DNA from: Macrostomum lignano
Taxonomy: Eukaryota
Assembly: GCA_002269645.1 (NCBI GenBank)
Contig: NIVC01001505.1
Coordinates: 186,001 to 250,000, forward strand
Direction: 5' to 3'
Length of the DNA: 64,000 nucleotides
In this document: piece by piece, positions 24,156 through 64,000 of the stretch
How positions within the stretch are numbered: the first letter of the stretch is position 1
How the letters are laid out: every line of letters starts with the position of its first letter
Notes under the pieces: generated by a model
What the model saw: the letters and a program-made list of their open reading frames with translations, nothing else
Database searches by the model: none
What the model was told of the DNA's origin: nothing
Program-made: the position numbers and the translations under genes

Positions 24156-26679
24156 ATGGTGAGTTGCTTCCTGCCAATATAATAGCTGGATCAACCAATT
24201 TCCAGGTTGATACTCCACCTGGCCAAGAGCTAGCTAATTGTTTCATGTGATCTAAGACAGGTCATGCATTATCCAGACCTCTTTTTCGACTCGATATTGC
24301 ATAACTGTTCTAGGCTAGGGTTTATGAAATTCAAAAATTCAAAAATGTACTCTTACTCATGACAGGCCTTCAGCTACTTAATTATCAGGATTTATAACTT
24401 ACATGTAGCTGTAGCTGTGCCACCATGTGATGTATATTTGAAGGGACGATTAGATAGAGTTACCAGTGATAATGTCATTAATATTTGCTGGAGTGTTGCG
24501 TGCACCCTGGTACAATGCCTTCGGCATCATCGTCAGTAACAAGTAGGCAAGATTACTTTTTAATGCCGCTGAAACGCATCGATCAATGCTGACGTTTCGA
24601 GATGTAAAAATGGAAAGTTCAAGCCAGCCTCTACTCGTTTTGAAGGCAACGACGACCCAGGTGATTGGCAGAGACTTTCTGCTTCAAGAGGAGCCCCAGA
24701 TCCTCAGCCTGAAGGAGCTGCAGCCGCCGACGCTGACCATCGAGGAGCAGCCGGCTCGGTTCTACCGATATCGCTACGAGTCGGATATCCGTATGGACAG
24801 CGGCAGAGTTGGCGGCCTGCTGCTCGGCAGGAGCTCCACCGATGGCAACAAGAGCTTCGTGAGAGTTCGCGTCAGCGACATCGACCCAGCTGTGCACTCG
24901 CAGCTGCAGCTGACTGTGTGCACCGTGAGCGCCGAGGAGAAGGCTCCTCATCCGTACTACCTGCACGGAGACCACTGCAGCAGCGGATATTTCCAGCTGA
25001 ATAAGTCTGTTGATGCATCGGGAGATTCTGGTGGTGAATGGGAGATCGCGTGAGTAAATAAATTAAGCTAACAACAAGCTTCTAATTAGGGTTTTCGTAA
25101 AGTAGTTGTATAGTCGCTTTTATTTTAGCAATTCTGGTAGTTTCAATTTAAACAAAAAAAAACGAAAACGATTTCTTATTTCTCATCCAGCTTTGACAGA
25201 CTGGCCGTCATCTGCGTGCCAAAGTTAAGGAAAATGGAAATCGAGAAAAGCCTGGAAGACAGACGCAGAAGCTTTCCACAGCATAGAGATTGTGAGCTTT
25301 TTTACCTACTTGCATTGATTATTTAGCTGAGGAATCAATTTTACATGTACGAGCGAATCATGGGTACCATGCAAGCTTCTATCTCACGGATGCAGATTGA
25401 GTACGCTTATAACTTGAAAATCAAAAAATCTTTTTGCGTCGTGACACCATTTATTCCTTTTATAAACTTTGAAAATTTGACAGTGTTGCTCGTTTGGCCT
25501 CCCTTTCGTTAAGACTGTGTGTAAATTAAGAAATCGGAAGTCCTTTTTGGCTGATTTTTGGTCTGCTCTTGGCATTCCTAATTATCAACTAAATATTTCA
25601 ATTTAGATTACTGTGAAAAGTAGCTAAATAAAGATTTGAATCGTAAAATCTCTAACATAGTGTGAAAAATTTCGCCATCATAGATCTTAAATTCCCTTGT
25701 GGCCCATCTTGTGTATACATGATCTTTGGTCGCCATAAAAGAAATGGCAGCATTAAAGAAACGTCTGTGCTCTCTAAGAGTGGTGGGAGATGACGGGGTT
25801 TGACTATTGCTGACTGACGAAAGCAGACAAGCCTCGGTCTCGGTCTTCCTGTGCGAGGCTCGACCCTCCACTTTTTTGTGCCACGTCACATAAGGATGTT
25901 CGTAGAGTTTCTGATCAAAGAGAAATTTTTGCTTGCAACTTTGTGCTGTTCAGGTCCCACAGCCTCATCAACTCAATACATCAGCCAAAACTTGGATCGC
26001 ATTCGTCTGGCGTTCTCGCTCTCATTCAGCGATGTCTTCGGTAGAGAATGGCATCTGAGTACGGTGTTCAGCGACCCGATTGTCGGTGAAAGTGAGTTTC
26101 TCGATTCTGTCTTCAACCCTCAGTTGATGATTTTTTATTAATATCTCGAAATAATTTCAGATCTAAAAAAGAGAATTGAGGTCGATTGTCTGAATCCAAC
26201 GGAAGTACTAATGGGGGATGGCAGCATGCTGGCGATCCACACCGCCACCCCTACAACAGGTGCGCCTTGTTTCGAAGCTATCCAAGATATTTCAGCTACT
26301 TTTACATTGAATTTAATGTTGATCCTTCAAACTAAAATGCTTCTATTGCAGGCATTTGTAGGAGTAACATAAAGGTGCATTTTGCAGTTACCAATAGAGC
26401 CACTGGAAGCCAAACTGAGTTCGTGGCGGACGTCGAGGTAGTTAAGAAGGTAAACGCAAACCCTTTTATATGTTCTGCATTACAGGAGCACTTTTAATAG
26501 TAAAATTAATTTGCTTCCAGCACCTCTTGCTAGTGAGGACGCCCGATGTGAGGAGTTCAGGTTTCAAGGACCGGATGAAATGCGAGGTCACTGTCCAAAG
26601 CGACGGATTCAAAAGCGAGAGCCTCTGTATTGTTTTTCTGCCAGAATCCCGAACTTCTCTGAAGAGCCTGCGACGATAA
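24156..26679 (+). CDS. Rel-homology-domain protein, copy 5 (last intron absent)
   Basis: ATG|gtgag at 24156-24158; exons 24646(or 24661)-25049, 25191-25291, 25954-26091, 26161-26259, 26352-26449, 26521-26679 (..FLPESRTSLKSLRR*). Frame intact. Confidence 0.85.
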
Positions 26680-27079
26680 TGATGACGTAAGCAGCTGACG
26701 TCAAGCTCTTAAATATAAGCGTTGACTTTAATTCAAGACAGTCTTTGATTATGAACATTATGACTCAAGTCTGATATTCAAAGCCTCTATACATGGATCG
26801 TACATGTACAAGCGTCTATGAAAAAATGATGCATAGGATTTTGGTTTCGAATAAGCGAAGTTTATTTAGTATTTAATAATATACTAATTTAGTATGAGTT
26901 AAATATATTGTTTCCATTGCCACTGTGTTGGTGGAAAAGGCGTTTAAACTGCCGGGTTGAAGTGGCTGGCTTTGGTGGGGTACGTGAGTCAGCCTATCTA
27001 GATGTCTTGTTTGCTGCTCAGTTTTTTTCTTTTACTTTTTCCTCCACCGTACAATAGATTCGTCTGCAAGTTTTGGTTC

Positions 27080-27600
27080 ACCTAAAAGTTTTGCTTCCAG
27101 CTACTACTTGTCGTGCTTTCTTTCTTTCCCCGCTGTTCAAAGCACAACTCCATATGTACAAACAGCCCCTGATCTGTGCATCTGTATACTGTACTGTACA
27201 GTGCTATTTCTGTCGGGAAGCTACTTTCGTGTGTACATATCGGGTGTCCGCTTTTTGCCTGTCTCTCTCTCTCTCTGTCTGTCGCTCCGTACAACTTTTG
27301 TTCACGAGAATTCCCCCGGATTTACCGTGGTCCAACCACGGATTAAAATTCGTTTTACTCGTATTATTTTATTTTAGCATGGAGATGGACATTAGTGAAT
27401 CGACTTTGCTGGAACCTACTTTGATGGTGTACATATGTCAGCTTTTTGTCTCTCTCTCTCTCTCTCTCTCCCCGTCTCTGTCTCTCCGTACAACTTTTGT
27501 CCACGAGAATTCCCCCGGATTTACCGTGGTCCAACCACGGATTAAAATCCGTTATATTATTATATTTTAGCATGGAGATGGACACTAGTGAATCGGATCG
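27080..27600. repeat. ~190-bp tandem duplication with CT microsatellite and hairpin; possibly a non-autonomous Helitron-like element
   Basis: Units ~27255-27415 and ~27445-27600, each with CCGTGGT-CCA-ACCACGG. The duplication is seen directly; the Helitron assignment is a guess. Confidence 0.45.
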
Positions 27601-27889
27601 TTTAGGAAAATTTGTTTGTAAAGGACCACTAGGAACACTTCGTTATATTCTAGTAAGTCCTTGTTGTTTGCTTTGATAAATAATCAATGGCCCAGTGGAC
27701 AAACGTAAGTATTGCTTGCTTCTCATTCATTTTGATTTCTTGGCAAAAGTTTTCATTTAAAACTGGTTTTGAAGACGTTTTTTAATGAAGTTTTTAAATT
27801 TTTTACAGGTGTAAATCTTATGTAGCTCTGTGTAAATCTAAAAAAATTAATATTTCCAGTAAACTGTTGAAAGCTATTAACTGAAGTTA

Positions 27890-28330
27890 AAAGTTGAAAG
27901 CTTTAAGTAACTTGACATAGCTCCGGGCATTGGGGGCTCCGGGAGGCCGGATACAGCGGGGAGGCGTTGCAGCCCATTCTGCTGGCTCCTGGCAACCACA
28001 GGTGGTGCCGGTGCCCGCAGCGCGGTCCCCCTCTGGAGAGACCAGGAGGTGGATTGTCGCTCGCCCGGTAGCACTTGGGTAGCGGACAAGCTGGCAGAGA
28101 TTCTCGGGCCTGAAAACGTCGGAGAGGTCCGGGTTTGGCCGAGGTAGGGGAGACTGTCCTGAGTAAAGACGGGGCATTCACAGATGAAGTGCTCCGCATG
28201 CTCAACACCGGAGAGGCAGATCGCTATTCCCTGCAGATAAAGAGGCCCGGCAAAGGAGCCATGGCCTGAAAGGGCCATGGTCACCGCCCTGGTGTCCCTG
28301 TGGTTGAATCTAAAGCAGGGCCGGAGCAAA
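27890..28330 (-). mobile_element. 3' fragment of a non-LTR retrotransposon (CCHC zinc-knuckle region)
   Basis: Minus strand reads [35 protein letters not shown], resembling the LTGHG / C..E..EH..C.CP motif of R1/I-group LINE C-termini. Confidence 0.7.
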
Positions 28331-28482
28331 AAGTAATGTTTTAACTTGACTCTTGTAGATAATACAAATTGATTTTTCGGTAAGGAATCAGAAATGAAAC
28401 TTACTTATTTTGGTTTAGGTTGACAAAAGACATCTAAGTTAAAAACATTAGTTAGCTGCAAGTTCCTTGTAATATGCAGAGA

Positions 28483-28502
28483 GTAAATCCCCGGAAATTC
28501 CC
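28483..28502 (-). promoter_or_regulatory. Paired kB-like sites upstream of RHD copy 6
   Basis: GGAAATTCCC (28493-28502) is the reverse complement of GGGAATTTCC. The adjacent GTAAATCCCC is the reverse complement of GGGGATTTAC. Confidence 0.5.
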
Positions 28503-28845
28503 TGGCCGTGCCAAAAAAGCGCTTTAAAATGAACACACAGGGACTGCACTGAGCTATTTTTAGAAACAGCGTCAGTTAGGAATCTCGTACAGCAAAAGCA
28601 GTGTTATTGCTGCTGGCCTTACATTTGCGTTTTTTCACAGAAAAGAGCAGAAAAGAAGTAGTATTCAATATATTTCTAACTTAGTGGAAGCAGGCAGACC
28701 TGTAGTGGAAGCTGGTTCAAGAATGGAAGCCTCATCCAGAGCGCATTATAATTAGTGGATTATTTCACAAAGCTAAAAAATTAAAATGTGAAATTAGCAA
28801 AGCGTGCATGAAAAACCACAACAACTGCTCTATGAACGTTTCTAG

Positions 28846-31296
28846 TATCAATCGACCTTTTCCGGGCCTCTCGGACCCCCCGTCAACACTGGAATTGCTG
28901 AGCACCTCTACATTGCTGAGTTGCAGCCGCCTTCGCTGACCATCGAGGAGCAGCCGGCTCTGTATCACCGATTTCGCTACGAGTCGGAGATCGAGAAGGA
29001 CAGCGGCAGAGTTGGTGGCCTGCTGCTCGGCAGGAGCTCCACCGATGGCAACAAGAGCTTCATGAGAGTTCGCGTCAGCGACATCGACCCAGCTGTGCAC
29101 TCGCAGCTGCAGCTGACTGTGTGCACCGTGAGCGCCGAGGAGAATGCTCCTCATCCGTACTACCTGCACGGAGACCACTGCAGTAACGGATATTTCCAGC
29201 TGAAGAAGCCTGTTGATGCATTGGATGGTAAAGCAGTTTGGGACATCTGGTGAGTGGCACGAGGAGCGACTGGGCCACGGGAGGGCTGGTTTCCACTGCA
29301 AAATCGTGCTCCCTGAACAGATTTCAGGGACAGGAACAGTTTTCGCCCTGAAGTTTCTAGTGTGTCCCTGCCAGAGACTCAATTGCCCGTTTTTCAGGTA
29401 GATGACCGCTGATTTAGGTAGATCAGCTGCCTATGAGCTAGATGAACCTATCTGGTAAATGGACCGCCTGGAAAGGCATCATGCCTCTGGGGATCCTAAG
29501 CCTAGAAGTGCGTTTACCGCTTGTCGACTGGCTCTCACTTTAGCACGTTGGAGTGAGATCAAATGTTCGCTGCCCTCATGTATAATACATGTTAGGGAGT
29601 TCGTGCTGATCTGGTTGAGCTTGGAAGCCCACGGTCGACCCTGTCTGAGGGGGGGGGGTAGTTTTGCGCCCGCAAGTACACCAAGCTGGACTGACGATGA
29701 GTCAAGCCGTGAAAATAATAAAAGTTGGTACACCCAGCCTCTTCAAGAGCACGCCAAGCTTTAGCTGCTAGCCCTATTTAACAACAAACAGATTTCGCAA
29801 AGATCAGCTTTTTTCATTTACGCTTGGGAAATAGGATTTTACCATAGACAAACTCGTTCGAGAGAAATATTTTTTATACTGACTCGGAAACGATGAAATT
29901 TGTTGTCAGTTATAGCCTATCTACGGTCGTGAATTAGCATTTCATTGGCAATATCAGCATTAGTATATACTGTCAACCCGCCTCTACTTAAAATGAAATG
30001 TTGTTTATCTATTAGAGTGAAGAAACTATTTGCAAAGAGTCAAGGATGCCTCTATGTTCGCTACGCTCCTCGCTTTGTTCCTAAGGAGTGAAGCGAATTG
30101 AACATTGAGGCTTCCTAGGAAGAGTCGCTCCAGTTTAGTTGTACAGGGTTGCTTATAGTGATTTGCAGGCATGCTCGAAGTTTCCCACGCACTTGAATTT
30201 TTCAGCTTCGACAGGCTGTCCGTGATCTGTGTGCCAAAGAAGAACAAAGCGAGCATGGAGAAAGCCATGGAAGCCAGACTCAGGGATGTGCCGACCCCCA
30301 GCGATTGTCCTACAGGGCCGTCAGCTCAGTACACCCAGACCAACTTGGCTCAGATTCGTCTGGCATTCTCGCTCACCTATTGCGATATTTTCTATCGAGA
30401 ATGGCTGCTTAGCACAGTGTTTAGTGACAAGATCGTCAGTGACAGTGAGTTTCTGTGATACTCTGATCGACTCATGTTGTTCTGTTCATGTACAGAATGA
30501 TTCCACAAATGTGTGTTTTAGAGGAAAAGAAGAACATTGACGTCATCGCGTTGAATCCGGCGGAAGCGCCAATGGATGGCGGCTGCACGATCGCCATCCA
30601 CACTAAGGCCTCCACCGCAGGTCTGATCAAGGACCACTAGTAGTAGATGGACGGGGCAGTTAGTGTCTTGAAAAGTTTTAGTAGAAATGGTAGCACTATG
30701 TTCAAAGTTCCAAATGTTTTAGACCCAACGAGGGTATTTGTACGAGAATAATCTATTCTACGAAACGATCGAACGTCGCTATTTGTTTTAGGCCAGGCAC
30801 TCTCAAAATTGACTTAAAATTGCAGGTAAAATATTTTAAACTTTTTAGGAATTCAAAAAGGTCAAGTAAAAGTCCACTTCTCGTGCTTCAACGATATCAA
30901 AAGAGAGCGCGTTGTCTTCGTTAGCGACGTGCACGAACTGAGGAAGGTACGGTCAGTTTGAATAAGGTTTGGGAGTCTGCATAAATTCTGTGCCTACTCA
31001 CTTTTGATGCTTCCAACTGCTGTTCCTCCAGCACATTTTACTCGTGAAATCACCCGACGTCCGGCACGAAACTACAAATGACCGGCTTAAGGCTGAGGTT
31101 AGCGTCCTTAGCAACGGATTCAACAGCAAACTGCTTGACATCGTTTTTTTCCGACAATCTTTTCCACCAAATCTGGGTGAGGACGCAAATATTTGACACT
31201 TTCTAAAATTCAATTCAGTAAATCAATCATTTTTTTCAATTTGCGAGTATTTAAGTTGCAGGAGTCGGGCGTTCTTTGAAGAGGCCTTTAAAGTGA
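28846..31296 (+). CDS. Rel-homology-domain protein, copy 6 (one intron absent; start exon not located)
   Basis: Exons 28846-29249, 30206-30444 (fusion of two paralogous exons), 30522-30620, 30849-30946, 31032-31176, 31262-31296 (GVGRSLKRPLK*). Frame intact. Confidence 0.85.
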
Positions 31297-31793
31297 CTTA
31301 CTTGACGCTAGAGAGACGGGTCAACTGCAGCGACTGCATTTCCATCAGCTGGCCAATGAAGCGTGTGAGTAGAAAGAAACCTTGTCGGCCTCCAAACGTC
31401 TTATAGTTATTTGCATTTTTATATTTTCCGTGATGGTTGACTTTTTTCGTGGCATAGAAAAAATGTTTTGTTGTAGATCGCGCCTGGGTTTTTGGATCTT
31501 AGCATATCGTCAAATTGATAAACCATATTTTGATAAAGACTTTTGTTACTCAAGACTAATAACTAATTTGTTTGAATTTATATTCTTGATCGTACTTAAC
31601 TGGAGTTGAAGTTGTTTTTTATATTAATTAGTTAGTTGGTTTATATAGTTTGTTTTTTAATATTAGTCTTAATATCTGAATATAGTATTAGAAATTACAA
31701 GTTAGACTAAATTAGTTTTTTAGTATAAATCATTAATTTATCATTTGTTTAAATTTGTACGTCTGCACGCAGGCACACGAAATTCAAGAACAC

Positions 31794-32489
31794 GGGCTAA
31801 ATTTTTTGCGCACCTTCTCAAACAAGAGCCAAGCCGCCAGCCCTCCGGACCGTCGAGATATTCAACGATTCTGCCGGAAGGTCGGATATTTCCCATGAGC
31901 GCCAGTGTATTCAGTACACTCCTGTGTGCCAATCAGCACTGCGCGTCAGCTCTGACTTCGTTGGTCACTGGCTTTCACCCAGGCGGAGCTTCTGGACCTT
32001 CAACAGGTGGCTTCAGAGACCTGGCAGTTGAGTTTTGCCCCGTTATTGAAGCTTAATAAAAATCTGACAGAGTTGCATCAGGATCTCCATAGTCACCTGG
32101 TGCCATCTTTTGAAGGTGCCGACGGCGTCGGGGTTATAACGAATGCTTGAGAGACCAGCTGAGGATGTCCAGCAGTTGTGATTTGCCCATTGTCGAGGCT
32201 TCATCAGCGATACTCGAGAAATTCGCATCAGGGTGTCCATAGTCACCTGGTGCCTCCTTTTGAAGGTCCAGAAGCTCCGCGTGGGTGAAGGCCAGCTGGC
32301 CAGTGACCAACGAAGTCAGAGCTGATGCAGACACATGTAGAATTTGGAGGCCTGGCAAGACTGCACTGAAGGTGTACTGAATACACTGGCGCTTATGGGA
32401 CATATCCGACCTTCTGGCAGTATCGTTGAATATCTCGACGTTCCGGAGGCTTGGAGACTTGATTCTTGTTTGAGAAGGTGCACAGCAAA
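31794..32489. mobile_element. Foldback/MITE-like element, copy B, followed by kB-consensus site 32510-32523
   Basis: Arms ~31795-32010 and ~32255-32489 are reverse complements. The internal sequence is colinear with copy A (8881-9515). Confidence 0.65.
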
Positions 32490-33248
32490 GCATTATCAAG
32501 CATTATCAAGGGGGAGTTCCCCCTTGGTAGTTCTCGTGTTAATTAGACTAAAAAAGTATTCATTATTTTTCTGAATTATTTTTTATAGAGAGATCAAAAG
32601 AAAATCAAAAGAGCTGTAATCTTAAAGCCCTAATTCCTATAATAAATTATTTATTTCAAATGAAATCTGGAACAATTCGACTTTTAAAGTTCAAACTCAA
32701 AAAGCTCTCCTTCTTATGTAACTTTCCTGCTCTTAAACCGCTTCCTTAATTAATTGTTGTAATAATTTGCATTGCTTTTTCTATTTTGTTGTTTCATAAG
32801 CATAGCATTACTTCTTCATGTCATTATGTCACATATGTAAAAAAATAAAAAAAATATTGTGCACAGCCAGCTGGTTTTCTATTTTCCGAAATTAGCGCTG
32901 ATTATTTAAAATTGTCAAAATTTATATTCAAACACGTTTGTTTTACTACTAAAAGTAAAATGAGCAGAAAGCAATTGTCAGAATTGAAAAGAAGAAATTT
33001 CTTAGAAGAAGTTTCGTTTCCTCAAACCGGAAATTATTGGCGTCCCAATAGGACTATACGTTGGACTGCATCAGTTTCGCGGAAAACTTCGCGGTGAATT
33101 TTTTAATTTTATATTTTTTAATTCTCGTAAAGCGCATATCTATTGGAAAAGCTTTTGGACACCGAGTGGAATGAAAATATCTGATAACTGCATGATTAGC
33201 TATAAGCTATTGAAATGTACCAATACGAGCGTAAGTGCAGTTTGCTGA

Positions 33249-43735
<10,487 letters not shown>

Positions 43736-44585
43736 GGTTGCTCAGTTCCTGGCTCAATCAGAGATCGACTCTGTTGCAAGATGCTGATTTTTAAGTCCTG
43801 GTTGCTGAGAGGGGGTGGTAGGGTTCGAGCTCGAGAAACTCGAGAAGACTGTTGCCAAGTCGTTTTTCGAGGCTGGATGAGGAGCCGGGATTGGCTGCTC
43901 GCGAGCTCCAGAGCTCGGTGGCGGGTGGAGGGGGGGTCCCGGATTTCAGCGCTGAAAAGCTGAGAGTCGCCTGGCCTGCGACATTCGGCCTGCTAATCCG
44001 CCAACAAGCCGGCGTCGTTAATCTCGGGAAACCATCGCACGACGAGGATTAAAGAAAGCGAGAAAAACTCACTCCGGAAACAGATATGGCTGCTTGAACA
44101 AGACAGTAGATTAGAAGTCGGTTGGCGTTTTATATTTGCGATGTTTGGGTAGTTTAAACGGTTTTCATAATTATTTGTTTTACTTGATTAAAAAAAGATT
44201 GCAGACACTACAGTATCTTCATTCACGTGTCAGTCGCTGCAAATATTGCATACAAATTGCTAGTTTTCAGTTTGTTTCCAGGTGCTCTTAGGACAAAGAC
44301 GTGAACAAAGACCCTTGCACTACAGGACGGTTGGCGCAGGTGTACAAGTATGGGGGATTTGGCAGAAATTTTATTTTTGATAGGAGAAAACTGCTTTTTG
44401 AGAAAAATAGCTAAAAAATTGTTTTGTCTGACAGACACAGATCGGCGCAAAGATGAATAAAATATTGAAAAATATTGGACACCCATGAAGTTTAACATCG
44501 ATTATAACACTGACTTTTGGTTCAATGTTTCAACACGAGAGTTTTTTTCCCCCTTGCTTCGTGAAATCCTTTCGAAGGCCGCGGA

Positions 44586-64000
<19,415 letters not shown>

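Noticed and set aside
24586-24645. MLTFRDVKME... as the true N-terminus of copy 5
   Set aside because: Not conserved in paralogs; the conserved upstream ATG|gtgag exon and acceptor fit better. An in-frame ATG at 24610 cannot be fully excluded.
2985-29382. Recurrent minus-strand ORF (MVSVQVVRMRSLLLGAHG...) in every copy
   Set aside because: Antisense shadow of the GC-rich RHD exon; its conservation is explained by the sense gene.
31297-33248. Downstream ankyrin/IkB exons completing a p105-like gene
   Set aside because: No ankyrin motifs (TPLH, G.TAL) were seen after any copy; this interval is AT-rich non-coding sequence plus the foldback element.

Overview
Eukaryotic (animal) genomic DNA with spliceosomal introns. 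GC-rich exons, minisatellite-filled introns and homopolymer-deletion frameshifts resemble long-read assemblies of the flatworm Macrostomum; this is an inference and was not verified. The left half (2.7-31.3 kb, + strand) holds a tandem array of six compact Rel-homology-domain (NF-kB/Relish-like) genes. Each encodes RHD + IPT + a basic NLS-like motif and then stops, with no ankyrin repeats or transactivation tail. The array shows a near-identical DNA-binding core exon against strongly diverged downstream exons, substitutions clustered in the DNA-recognition loop, two independent intron losses, one frameshifted chimeric copy, and many kB-consensus sites (in upstream regions, in a minisatellite, and beside two copies of a foldback element). 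A small glycine-zipper protein gene precedes the array, and mariner, Gypsy, LINE and SINE remnants are interspersed. The right half (- strand) holds a 5-exon metabotropic glutamate receptor (33.2-43.7 kb) and the 3' 21 exons (at least 1743 aa) of a large, probably secreted, multi-repeat protein with a C-terminal F5/8 type C domain; its 5' end lies beyond the window. All exon boundaries were read by eye.
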